A stretch of DNA of 63,098 nt, filler included, from an uncultured bacterium (GCA_964449065.1; 3 parts of 3 records of this genome joined end to end with filler, not necessarily neighbours in it), one strand, 5' to 3'. Positions 53,339-62,201 are shown, counted from the whole stretch's first letter. Notes: generated from the sequence alone by a model not told the origin. Translations and numbers: made by a program.

Positions 53339-54424
53339 ATGACAACCGCATCCGCAGAGACCAAAGAAAAAATTGCAACTGGAACTATTTCATTGGAACG
53401 TTTATTTCTCCCCATTGTTCATGAACTTCGTGATACTCAATCCTTATATCAAGAGACCATTTTGGCAACGGCGGAACGCAATTACATTGAAGAATTAATG
53501 CAGGGAGACAGTTCCTATCTCCCGAAAGAATTCCGGGTAGAAGTGGCCGATCAAATTGCCCGCCATCTTCTGCAAACCGAAGGCAAATGGATACGGGCCG
53601 CGTTAACTCTCTTTTGCGCCGGGGCATGCGGCAAAAAGGGGACACCGGTTCATCAAGTCGCCGTCGCGGTCGAACTGGTTCATCTCGCCACCTTGATTCA
53701 CGACGATGTCATTGACCAGGCACCCATGCGCCGGGGAATCCAATCCATTGCCGGCGGTTGGGGCAATTCGGTTTCGGTACTGCTGGGTGACTTTTTATTC
53801 TCAAAAGCATTCAAACTGTTGCTGGCCAGCGAATCCATTCCCGCTCAAAAATTATTAACCCAAGCGACCGGTCAGATGTGTTTGGGCGAAATCAAACAAC
53901 TGCGGTTCTCAACCGAAGCGAATTTCAGTGAATCCGGTTATTTGGAAATGATTGAAAATAAAACCGCTTCGTTAATGGGAGCGGCATGCGCGGCCGGCGC
54001 GGAATTCAGCGAATTGGATAAGCCGGAAATCCAGCGATTTCATGAGTTCGGCCACGCGTTGGGGATGGCATTTCAAATCACCGATGATGTGCTGGATTAT
54101 ACCGCCGCGACCGATACATTAGGAAAAGAAAAATGCGGAGACTTGCGCAACGGCAAAGTCACCTTACCCCTTATTCATTTGTATGAACACAACAAAGAGG
54201 CAAAGACGATCGTATCGAACAGCGATTCCGTCGAGGAAAAGAGCCAATGGCTGCTGCAAGCGATGAAAGAAAACGGTTCGATTGAATACGCGCATGCCGC
54301 CGGCGAACGGTACGGCAATAAAGCCCGGGCCTGTTTGGATCACTTAAAAGACTATACCGGTGAATCGGACTGTTTGGACTCGTTGTATCAGATCATCGAT
54401 TTCATCCTCAAGAGAGAACACTAA
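53339..54424 (+). CDS. Polyprenyl diphosphate synthase
   Basis: LIHDDVID and FQITDDVLD Asp-rich motifs; KTASL. Confidence 0.93.
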   Translation: MTTASAETKEKIATGTISLERLFLPIVHELRDTQSLYQETILATAERNYIEELMQGDSSYLPKEFRVEVADQIARHLLQTEGKWIRAALTLFCAGACGKKGTPVHQVAVAVELVHLATLIHDDVIDQAPMRRGIQSIAGGWGNSVSVLLGDFLFSKAFKLLLASESIPAQKLLTQATGQMCLGEIKQLRFSTEANFSESGYLEMIENKTASLMGAACAAGAEFSELDKPEIQRFHEFGHALGMAFQITDDVLDYTAATDTLGKEKCGDLRNGKVTLPLIHLYEHNKEAKTIVSNSDSVEEKSQWLLQAMKENGSIEYAHAAGERYGNKARACLDHLKDYTGESDCLDSLYQIIDFILKREH

Positions 54425-54512
54425 TATACGTCAATCTTTTTTCCTGCATTTCTCTTCAGAACACCCCCTTCATGTTATGCTAATCAAAAACGGTACATCT
54501 CGTCACAGAAAA

Positions 54513-55922
54513 ATGAAACTCAATCCTTTTTCATTCCAGTTTGTCGATGCCGTAAGGCGCTATCTTACATCCCAGAATCTATCCTTGCGCAACAAACAAA
54601 TCTTGGCAGCCGTGTCGGGCGGAGTGGATTCCAGCGTTCTTTTGGATGTTCTTTATCATCTAAGTGAGATGGAAGAGTTTTCGCTTTACGCCTGCCACGT
54701 CAATCATGGTTTGCGGGGAGAGGAATCGCAGCAGGATGAAACGTTCGTAATTCAACGCACACGCGATTATAACATCCCCCTTACCGTCCGCCGATTTGAA
54801 CAGGATGACATCCAAGCCGTTCAATCCGGCAATGTGGAAGAAGAAGCCCGCATACTGCGCTACAAACTCTTGACAAACACAGCGGAAGAATTGAATTTTG
54901 ATGCCATTGCCACCGGGCACACCAAAAGCGATCAAGCCGAAACGGTGCTGCACCGCCTGATGCGTTCCAGCGGACTGTCAGGCCTGGCTGGAATCTGGCC
55001 GGTTTGTACGATGGATGGTCAGACCGTCATGCGTCCGTTCTTGTGCCATCCGCGCGCCGCGGTCTTGGCGTACGCGGAACAAAACAAGATTCCATTCCGC
55101 CAAGACTCGATGAATGAAGACGAGCAGTTCACCCGCGTTTCCATCCGGAAACACCTGATTCCGTATCTTCAATCCAATTACAATCCTAACGTGGAAGACT
55201 CGTTGTTTCATTTGGCATCGATCTGCAAAGATGAAGAAGACTATTGGGATGTTCATCTCAATCATCTGACAAAAAGAATCGGTGATGGAACCCAAGAAGC
55301 GCCGGCAAATAGACTCCATTTCCAATCGCTGACCAAAGCGGAACAAAGAAGGTATTTACGCCGTTGGCTGCAATCGTTTCAAGTCGATCCCTCGTATGCC
55401 GTGATTGAAAGAATGGTGGATATGCTCAACAGGGAAAAACCGCAGGAAGAGTTCCCCATCAATGAAACCTTCTATTTGTTCCGCCGGTATGATCAATTTT
55501 ATATAAGCCCAAAGGAACCGAGCAAATCCATTGACGGTATCGTTGAAATTCGTATTCCAGGAAAAACGGTATCCCCGGAATTTCATGTCGCGGTAGAAAC
55601 CGAAATCCTTCCCGGCAATGTCATCCCGTTGGAAAATGACAACCGCTTCCGCATTCGCATTGATTATGAGAAAGTCAAACACGGTTTGTATATCCGAAGT
55701 CGCAGAGAGGGCGACGCCATTCAGCCTTTGGGAATGAGCGGGTCGAAAAAGTTAAAGAAGATTCTGCAAGAGCGCAAAGCCACGAAGGAAGAACGGGAAA
55801 CCATGCCGCTGTTGTGCCACGGCAATGAAATCGTATGGGTGCCGGGATATTGTGAATCGGACAGACACAAAATAACAGAGAAAACCAGACAAATCTTACA
55901 AATCATCTTAAAACCGTTTTAG
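54513..55922 (+). CDS. tilS: tRNA(Ile)-lysidine synthetase
   Basis: AVSGGVDS PP-loop, H..SDQAET, C-terminal KKLKK..QE. Confidence 0.95.
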   Translation: MKLNPFSFQFVDAVRRYLTSQNLSLRNKQILAAVSGGVDSSVLLDVLYHLSEMEEFSLYACHVNHGLRGEESQQDETFVIQRTRDYNIPLTVRRFEQDDIQAVQSGNVEEEARILRYKLLTNTAEELNFDAIATGHTKSDQAETVLHRLMRSSGLSGLAGIWPVCTMDGQTVMRPFLCHPRAAVLAYAEQNKIPFRQDSMNEDEQFTRVSIRKHLIPYLQSNYNPNVEDSLFHLASICKDEEDYWDVHLNHLTKRIGDGTQEAPANRLHFQSLTKAEQRRYLRRWLQSFQVDPSYAVIERMVDMLNREKPQEEFPINETFYLFRRYDQFYISPKEPSKSIDGIVEIRIPGKTVSPEFHVAVETEILPGNVIPLENDNRFRIRIDYEKVKHGLYIRSRREGDAIQPLGMSGSKKLKKILQERKATKEERETMPLLCHGNEIVWVPGYCESDRHKITEKTRQILQIILKPF

Positions 55923-56269
55923 GTTCATACGGGCTTATTTTCCGGCAAACTGTACACTGTTTTACAAACCGACTGCTTCTACTGGAAGCCGCTCTTTCAC
56001 ATCATGTTCGGCAAGGATATTCTGATCAATTTTATCAAGAGGGTTGCATCAAGAAGTTGAAGTCTACCCCAATCCTTCCTTTTATCCCCACCAAGCCACC
56101 CCTTCTTTTGCAGGAAGGGCAAAGCCGTGTCTTGCCCAACGGGATTGCGTGAACAGTGTTCGTTGATAGGGAGTCGGGAATGGGGAGTTGGAAAATAAGG
56201 ACATCCTGAGTATTCCGGTTCAGGCAAGATAGAATATTCCACATAAACTTGCTGGTGGGATGTTTGGAC

Positions 56270-56434
56270 GGGTGGCAAAGAACGGGATGGGCAAAGGCAA
56301 GCGAAGCCTGCCTTTGCGTTAGCAGCATAAACTTTCATGCAGGGAGTTGATACTGATTGATAAAATTGAAATGGCATCAATAAATGATTGAGTTTTACAA
56401 CAAGGGTAGACGAACGGCCTTCCCCTTGCCACCC
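56270..56434 (+). repeat. Array repeat copy 1 (inverted REP doublet; left end duplicated)
   Basis: GGGTGGCAA...CAAAGGCAAGCGAAGCCTGCCTTTG...CAAGGGTAG...TTGCCACCC. Confidence 0.9.
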
Positions 56435-56506
56435 GACTGGTCAGCCCCTGTCAAAATAGGCTTGGTTTTTTGCACGATTGAAGGTACCCTTGATCTGGAG
56501 GATGCG

Positions 56507-56773
56507 ATGATTAAACACATGTCTATTTCAGAAACCCAAGAGAAGTTGACTTCATTGGAAGACGAATTTTCGAATGAAGATACCATTTCAGTAACGGATC
56601 AGGGGAAAAATAGGTTTGCAATTCTTCGCTGGGATACCTATGAAGCCATTACGGAAACGTTAGAAATCCTTTCAGATGAAGCCGCTTACTCAGATGTAAA
56701 GAAGGGTTTACGTCAGTTGCAGAATGATGAAGTAGTGGATTTGGAGGCTCTCAAAAAAGAATTCCATGTATAG
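56507..56773 (+). CDS. Phd/YefM-family antitoxin
   Basis: MSISE...YEAITETLEILSD; GGAGG RBS; overlaps the toxin start. Confidence 0.85.
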   Translation: MIKHMSISETQEKLTSLEDEFSNEDTISVTDQGKNRFAILRWDTYEAITETLEILSDEAAYSDVKKGLRQLQNDEVVDLEALKKEFHV

Positions 56774-57080
56774 GATCGTTATCACGAAACATGCGGCAGA
56801 AAACTTGAAACGGTTGGACAGAAAAACGCAAGCCAAAATACTTCAGCGGATTGACAAACTCAAGCAGAATCCTTCCCAAATCGGCAAACAACTCACAGGA
56901 CCATTGAGAGAATTGCGGTCTCTTCGGGCTGTGGGACAGCGGTACCGAATCATCTACAAAATTATTGAAGACCGGGTCGTGGTGGTGGTGGTTGCCCTGG
57001 GTTTGAGAAAAGAAGGCGATAAAAAAGATATCTATGAGATGATGAAAAAATATATCCAAAATAAACTGCGTAATGAATAG
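56766..57080 (+). CDS. RelE/ParE-family toxin (RelE-like)
   Basis: Y.I..T..A...L..LD...GK.L.G.L..LRS.R..QRYRIIY. Confidence 0.9.
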   Translation: MYRIVITKHAAENLKRLDRKTQAKILQRIDKLKQNPSQIGKQLTGPLRELRSLRAVGQRYRIIYKIIEDRVVVVVVALGLRKEGDKKDIYEMMKKYIQNKLRNE

Positions 57081-57120
57081 TGCGCAGGGTGACACAAAAC
57101 GACCGCACCCATCTACGATA

Positions 57121-57250
57121 CTCTTCGATTACAGATGAGTGGCAGGGGTAAGATTGTGAAACTTCTTGTGTGAATCAGGAGGGTCAGAATGTGCCGGATA
57201 TTCAGGATAACGGCGCAGCGCTGCATCCCACTCACCCCTTCATCCTGGAC
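57121..57250 (+). repeat. Companion 130-bp repeat (CAGGAT-rich), copy A
   Basis: Aligns with 58871-59000 and, more loosely, 59904-60018. Confidence 0.85.
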
Positions 57251-57394
57251 GGGTGGCAAAGGCAAGCGAAGTCTGCCTTTGCGTTCGCAGCATAAAACTT
57301 TCATGCAGTGAGTTGATACTGATTGATAAAATGGAAATGGAACATTTTTGAGCTTTACAACAAGGGTAGACGAACGGCCTTCCACTTGCCACCC
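57251..57394 (+). repeat. Array repeat copy 2
   Basis: 144 bp with GGGTGGCAA/TTGCCACCC ends. Confidence 0.92.
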
Positions 57395-57447
57395 GACCAA
57401 AAATAAAACTAAACTATGTGGAAAACATGAGATTACTCGACAGCACA

Positions 57448-57501
57448 GCTTCTATCCATGCATCTTTTGCGATCAGCGTTTCATGCAGCGCTTCTTCCGG
57501 T
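57448..57501 (-). pseudogene. 54-bp remnant of a hicB-like gene
   Basis: 49/54 identical to 60687-60740, inside the intact hicB-like gene. Confidence 0.75.
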
Positions 57502-57513
57502 AAATACGGTAAT

Positions 57514-57729
57514 TCATGAATGGCTCCAAGCCACATTCTCAAGCACCACCTGTTTCAGCACATTCTGATCCTTAAAATGCTTCATGGCATCCAATATTTC
57601 GATTCCGGCTAATTTTCCGTTTTGATCATAATCAGCAGCGATGCCTTCGGTTAAATGTTTGGTGGTGACTGTGGTTTCATGAAAACGGATATAGAGAGCA
57701 TCCACTTCTTCATCATAAGTGATAATCAT
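57514..57729 (-). CDS. DUF2283 domain protein (putative antitoxin)
   Basis: ITYDEEVDALYIRF...DYD..G.L.GIEILDA. Confidence 0.9.
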   Translation of the reverse strand: MIITYDEEVDALYIRFHETTVTTKHLTEGIAADYDQNGKLAGIEILDAMKHFKDQNVLKQVVLENVAWSHS

Positions 57730-57747
57730 GCGATTTTCCTTTCACCA

Positions 57748-58014
57748 TTAAAAATAGTACGTATAAACCGTGACCACTGTAATCTTTTTTTCATCGTCAA
57801 CAAAAATAGGACGTATTTGCTGAGTTGAATAAACTGTACCGTTCCATTCTTTATTATAAGGAATATTCATGCGGCATTCTAAACGATCTTGTTCTGCCTG
57901 CTTCCATTCAGACGATCGGATTGCATTGATTACATCCACCTCATTCGTACCACGGTATTGTGCTTGTTGCAATGCATGACCAGACATCCGAATTGGCTTA
58001 TCAATGCGTTCCAC
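57748..58014 (-). CDS. DUF4258-like protein (putative RelE-fold toxin)
   Basis: SGHA..Q...RG....V...I...VVTVY; paired with DUF2283. Confidence 0.75.
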   Translation of the reverse strand: MERIDKPIRMSGHALQQAQYRGTNEVDVINAIRSSEWKQAEQDRLECRMNIPYNKEWNGTVYSTQQIRPIFVDDEKKITVVTVYTYYF

Positions 58015-58122
58015 AATTTCCCTTCCTATAAACGAATTATACTATATTTACTTGCAAAATTCAAAAAGGGAGAAGAGAGCCATAAAATACGTTTCGCCCT
58101 CATCGCTTATTTTCTCCTGGAG

Positions 58123-58272
58123 GTGTGGCAAAGGCAAGCGAAGTCTGCCTTTGCGTTCGCAGCATGATACTTTTAAGTAGGGATTTGATTCTGATTGATA
58201 AAATTGCAATGGCATCAATAAATGATTGAGTTTTACAGCAAGGGTAGACGAACAGCCTTCCCCTTGCCACCC
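58123..58272 (+). repeat. Array repeat copy 3
   Basis: Aligns with copies 1, 2, 4, 5 and 6. Confidence 0.92.
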
Positions 58273-58382
58273 GACCCTATTCAATCATCCAGAGTATCCC
58301 GATTCAGACAAAACAGAGTCTTCTACAGAAACCAAAGATGGGATGTTTGGGAATGGAGCGTTTTCTGTTATAATTTAGAATT

Positions 58383-58604
58383 ATGAACAAAATTGAAACC
58401 CTGGATATTTCTCACATCCGTTTCACTTCAATGGCACAACCCACCGATGAAGATGTAGCCCTATGGGACAGCCTGACCGATGATGAAAAGAATGCCGTGC
58501 TTGATCGTGAGATTGATGAGGCAATGGCAAGCGGGATAGCCCCAAAACAGACGATGGCTGAAATCATAGAAGAAGCCAAAGCCGAAATGAAAAATGAAGT
58601 ATAG
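58383..58604 (+). CDS. Putative antitoxin (ParD-like C-terminus)
   Basis: Acidic 73 aa, EIDEAMASG...MAEIIEEAK; overlaps the ParE-like gene. Confidence 0.7.
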   Translation: MNKIETLDISHIRFTSMAQPTDEDVALWDSLTDDEKNAVLDREIDEAMASGIAPKQTMAEIIEEAKAEMKNEV

Positions 58605-58863
58605 TCTTTCAGACCGTGCTCAAGCTGACCTTATCGGGATATATACTTACACCGTAATCAATTTCGGAGAGACACAGGCAGAACGTTACTTGGGTGGTCT
58701 ATATGATTCATTTGAGCGCTTACTGGATAATCCCAAGTTGGGCAAACCAGCAAGGAAGAACACACGATGCTATATCTACAAGAGTCATTATGTGATCTAT
58801 CATATTGATGGTGATACAATCAAAATTCTGCGTGTTATACATACAAGAATGGAATTGCCTTAG
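58594..58863 (+). CDS. parE: ParE-family toxin
   Basis: Y.LS.RAQADL..IY.YT...FG..QAERY...H.IY...ILRVIH.RM. Confidence 0.88.
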   Translation: MKYSLSDRAQADLIGIYTYTVINFGETQAERYLGGLYDSFERLLDNPKLGKPARKNTRCYIYKSHYVIYHIDGDTIKILRVIHTRMELP

Positions 58864-58870
58864 ATTATCT

Positions 58871-59000
58871 CTCTTCGATTACAGATGAGTGGCAAGGGTA
58901 AGATTGAGGCGCTTCTTGTCTGTATCAGGATGTTCAGGATGTGCCGGATATTCAGGATGACGGCGCAGCGCTGCATCCCGCTCATCCCTTCATTCTGAAC
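58871..59000 (+). repeat. Companion repeat, copy B
   Basis: Aligns with 57121-57250. Confidence 0.85.
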
Positions 59001-59144
59001 GGGTGGCAAAGGCAAGCGAAGTCTGCCTTTGAGTTCGCAGCATGAAACTTTCATGCAGTGAGTTGATTCTGATTGATAAAATTGAAATGGAACATATTTG
59101 AGTTTTACAGCAAGGGTAGATGAACAGCCTTACCCTTGCCACCC
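59001..59144 (+). repeat. Array repeat copy 4
   Basis: 144 bp with perfect 8-bp end stems CAAAGGCA/TGCCTTTG and CAAGGGTA/TACCCTTG. Confidence 0.92.
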
Positions 59145-59252
59145 GGCCTGTTATATAAATATTTTGAAAAAGAAGCGTATATTGCTATAATTGACCATTA
59201 TGAGCGAGATGAAAACCAACATGTAAGATAAAAGAAAAAGGAGATATCAGAG

Positions 59253-59483
59253 ATGCCAACGTTTGAGCATGTTACACTTTCGGAATTACAAAACCGTTTG
59301 CAATCATTGAAGTTGCCTTCTGACACACGCATGACCGTCCAAATTGATGATTCTCAATTGGAACAGGCAGAATTGAGACGGAAAAAAGCTCTCGAAGCAA
59401 TGGAAAAACTGGAAGGGTCAGGCACTGGTGATCTTCTTGAAGCGCTGTTAGAGGAAAGAAAAAAAGATTTAGAATTATGGTAG
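59253..59483 (+). CDS. Putative antitoxin of the PIN toxin
   Basis: 76 aa, C-terminal LLEALLEERKKD; overlaps the PIN gene; AAGGAG RBS. Confidence 0.7.
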   Translation: MPTFEHVTLSELQNRLQSLKLPSDTRMTVQIDDSQLEQAELRRKKALEAMEKLEGSGTGDLLEALLEERKKDLELW

Positions 59484-59887
59484 CATACGTTTTAGATACG
59501 TCAGCTTTGATTGCTCTCATCGATAAAGAAGAAGGTGTTGAAACGGTTAAAGACCTTTTACGAAAATCATTAAAAAATGAAATCAACATCTATATTTCAA
59601 TCGTCAGCACCATAGAAATATTTTATGTTACATGGCAAAACCAAGGGGAAAAACGTGCTTTAGAACGTCTAAAAATGTTGAACGATTTGGCAGTCGTACA
59701 AGAACCACTGGATTCAAATTTAACGACATTAATTGGAGAATTAAAAGCAACGAATAGAATGTCATTTGCCGACTGTTGTATCGCAGCACTTGCAAAATGG
59801 AAGAAGGCAACACTTGTCCACAAAGATCCCGAATTTGAACAAATTGAAGAAGATCATATTAAACAACTCCAATTGCCTTACAAATAG
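59477..59887 (+). CDS. vapC: PIN-domain (VapC) toxin
   Basis: YVLDTSAL...E...SFADC...LVHKDPEF. Confidence 0.9.
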   Translation: MVAYVLDTSALIALIDKEEGVETVKDLLRKSLKNEINIYISIVSTIEIFYVTWQNQGEKRALERLKMLNDLAVVQEPLDSNLTTLIGELKATNRMSFADCCIAALAKWKKATLVHKDPEFEQIEEDHIKQLQLPYK

Positions 59888-59903
59888 AAAAAGAGAGTTG
59901 GGA

Positions 59904-60018
59904 ATGGGTGGCATAGTGGGGATTAAGGCGCTCCTTGTCCAAAGCAGGATGGTCAGGATTGGCAGGATATTCAGGATAATGGCGCGGTGCTGCATCCCGC
60001 TTATCCTTTCATTTTGGG
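59904..60018 (+). repeat. Companion repeat, copy C (diverged)
   Basis: caggat..tcaggat...ggatattcaggataa.ggcgc.g.gctgcatcccgct matches copies A and B. Confidence 0.75.
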
Positions 60019-60188
60019 TATCCCGGTTTAGACAAAAAAGAGTATTTCACGGGAATCGCTGGCGGGATGTTTTTAGTTTAATTGAAGGATAGGCAAAACC
60101 GTATCTTGCCCACTGGGATTACATTAAACAGCGTTCCTTAAGCCTTGGGCACAAAAAGACCGTGAGGCTATGATGATAAGAGGTTGAA

Positions 60189-60377
60189 ATGGATAATTTG
60201 ACCATGATTTATTGGAAAGAAGAGAAATTTTGGCTTGGGAAAATTAAAGAGCACCCTGAAATTATGACGCAGGGTGAAACGCTGGAAGAGTTGGAAGAGA
60301 ACATCAAAGACGCGTATCAATTGATGGTGCTTGATGATGTTCCGGAAGATTATCAAACCAAAGTTATTGCGTTATGA
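60189..60377 (+). CDS. hicB: HicB-family antitoxin (short)
   Basis: TQGETLEELEENIKDA motif; GAGG RBS. Confidence 0.88.
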   Translation: MDNLTMIYWKEEKFWLGKIKEHPEIMTQGETLEELEENIKDAYQLMVLDDVPEDYQTKVIAL

Positions 60378-60553
60378 AGCGCGGGCAGTTCATCAAAGAG
60401 TTGAAGAAAGCCGGATGTGTATTTGTCCGTCACGGTTCCAATCATGATATCTATATGAATCCCCAAACCGGGCAAAAGCAGCCTGTACCCCGCCACCGGG
60501 AAATCGAAGAAAAATTGGCTAAACATATTAAAAAGTATTTGGGATTAACATGA
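60374..60553 (+). CDS. hicA: HicA-family toxin (59 aa, not in the ORF track)
   Basis: MKRGQFIKELKKAGCVFVRHGSNHDIYMNP...PVPRHREI; ATGA overlap with hicB. Confidence 0.9.
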   Translation: MKRGQFIKELKKAGCVFVRHGSNHDIYMNPQTGQKQPVPRHREIEEKLAKHIKKYLGLT

Positions 60554-60571
60554 AGGCGGGCAAAGGCAGGC

Positions 60572-60602
60572 GGGTGGCAAGAGTAAGTTGTATCTTCCCT
60601 TG
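60572..60602 (-). repeat. Isolated, inverted right-end half of the array repeat
   Basis: gggtggcaagagtaagttgtatcttcccttg resembles the reverse complement of caagggtagatgaacagccttacccttgccaccc. Confidence 0.6.
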
Positions 60603-60619
60603 AAGCTTGGTTATTCATT

Positions 60620-60838
60620 TCACACCGCTTGATAGATGACCGGGCGAAATTGGGGCGGTGGGACGGGTTTTCCATTCGCTTGTGCGGCTTCTATCCATGC
60701 TTCTTTTGCGATCAGCACTTCATGCAATGCTTCTTCCGGTGTTTCTCCAAAAGCAGAGCAATATTTTAAGTCAGGGATATCAGCGATGTATCCTTCATCT
60801 TCTTCGCTGTAAAATACGTTGATATGATAGTCTTTCAT
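60620..60838 (-). CDS. hicB: HicB-family antitoxin (toxin partner truncated)
   Basis: YSEEDEGYIADIPDL..CSAFGETPEEAL.E...A..AW. Confidence 0.88.
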   Translation of the reverse strand: MKDYHINVFYSEEDEGYIADIPDLKYCSAFGETPEEALHEVLIAKEAWIEAAQANGKPVPPPQFRPVIYQAV

Positions 60839-60873
60839 TCTTCATCCTTTATGTGAAGATTGTAGCGTTCAAT
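60835..60873 (-). pseudogene. 3' remnant of a HicA-like toxin gene
   Basis: Frame IERYNLHIKDEE* ends in an ATGA overlap with hicB; the upstream part is missing. Confidence 0.5.
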
Positions 60874-60941
60874 CGTTGTGTTTGGTATATCTATACCGAT
60901 TTCCAAAAAAAATGCTCTGATTCATGCCATTTCATTCACGC

Positions 60942-61152
60942 ACCGGCTGGAAGCCGATGCTCCTCAAAACGAGCATACTTTTGAACGCGATTCTATTACG
61001 ATATTTAAAATAAGAGCGGATTGTTGCTGCGTTATTCGTGGCTCGGCGGGAGCCTCGCCCTCCCAAGTTATCGCTTGCGTGAGCGGTGGGTCAGAATGGC
61101 GCGACCCACCCTACGGTTTGCATTATTCGCGTGTATTGGCGTGCATTCGTGG
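60942..61152. repeat. Cluster of four REP-like families inside the array
   Basis: accggctggaagccg (60942), 25-mer REP (61040-61064), ggtgggtc...gacccacc (~61086), attcgcgtgtattggcgtgcattcgtgg (~61125). Confidence 0.65.
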
Positions 61153-61172
61153 TTGCAACCCTATGGACGGAC

Positions 61173-61316
61173 GGATGGCAATGGCAAGCGAAGTTTGCCT
61201 TTGCGTTCGTAGCATGATACTTTTAAGTAGAGAGTTGATTCTGATTAATAAAATTGAAATGGAAAGTACTTGAGTTTTACAGCAAGGGTAGAGGAACGGC
61301 CTTACCCTTGCCACTC
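61173..61316 (+). repeat. Array repeat copy 5
   Basis: Aligns with the other copies; ends slightly decayed. Confidence 0.9.
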
Positions 61317-61334
61317 GACCGTCCAATTGGGACT

Positions 61335-61724
61335 TCAATACGCGGCATGAACACTTTCATTCCTGCCTGAGAGGGCCAAATTAATCTCTATACGCGAATA
61401 AGGCACACGGGGAACTACACTGCCTCCCGGTCCTCTTTTCATAGAAACAAGACCATAATGTTCCATGGTCTTCAGCGTGCGGGAAAGATTGGATTTTTCC
61501 CTGCCCGAAAGCCTTGCAAGCTCGGTCAATGACTGCGGCTGGTGCTCATGTATCAGCGTCAACAAAGCCCTATTCTTCTCCGATAAAACCTTTGCAAAAC
61601 TCTCAATCGACGTAAACCAAACTTTAGGTTCACCGCGCTTTACTTTGCGTTGACCTCGCGCAATCTGCAATGTACGTTCTTTCATGTCCTCATAACTTGC
61701 AATTCCAATCAAAAGTGTCTTCAT
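61335..61724 (-). CDS. HTH antitoxin/regulator (HVO_A0114-like)
   Basis: KVWFTSIESFAKVLS...ELA.LSGR.KSNLSRTLK; overlaps the DUF6516 stop. Confidence 0.85.
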   Translation of the reverse strand: MKTLLIGIASYEDMKERTLQIARGQRKVKRGEPKVWFTSIESFAKVLSEKNRALLTLIHEHQPQSLTELARLSGREKSNLSRTLKTMEHYGLVSMKRGPGGSVVPRVPYSRIEINLALSGRNESVHAAY

Positions 61725-62089
61725 GTTTTTACCCCTCTTTCTTTGAGAACGGCATCGACTTCGTCCCAAAAATCCACCAAAAGCGTTTCCGCATCCTTGT
61801 AGTCATAGGGTCTGACCGTACGAAGTCTGTGCTTATGATCTTGTTTCTTTCTTTTCTTCCCGCTCGGTCCCTTCGTGGGCTTTACAGGATGAGCGTTGTC
61901 AAATCCAACCAGCCGTTCTCCATGTTCACCATGCAATGTCAACGAATAGTTTAGACCGTGGGGCTTTTCCGGTGTCGGCTTGATCTCCCGCACGACAAAC
62001 CGGACATAATGTTTATGATCGATGAACAACGTCTGCCCATTCAACTCTAAAAGGTGGTCCAGACTATGGTCCCGCTTTCCTTTGCTCAT
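61721..62089 (-). CDS. DUF6516-family protein (TumE-like putative toxin)
   Basis: PHGLNYSLTLH...RLVGFDNAH...DHKH motif. Confidence 0.8.
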   Translation of the reverse strand: MSKGKRDHSLDHLLELNGQTLFIDHKHYVRFVVREIKPTPEKPHGLNYSLTLHGEHGERLVGFDNAHPVKPTKGPSGKKRKKQDHKHRLRTVRPYDYKDAETLLVDFWDEVDAVLKERGVKT

Positions 62090-62092
62090 AAC

Positions 62093-62123
62093 GAACAGGT
62101 TATCATTTAATGATAACCTGTTC
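62093..62123. promoter_or_regulatory. Perfect 31-bp palindrome, probable operator
   Basis: GAACAGGTTATCATT-T-AATGATAACCTGTTC immediately upstream of the DUF6516 ATG. Confidence 0.7.
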
Positions 62124-62201
62124 AAGTGACGATATGATCAAGCGTGCAGCGGCCCGCTTCAACATTGTGTTCCACGTAAACCGCTGGCGGGATGTTTAGA
62201 C

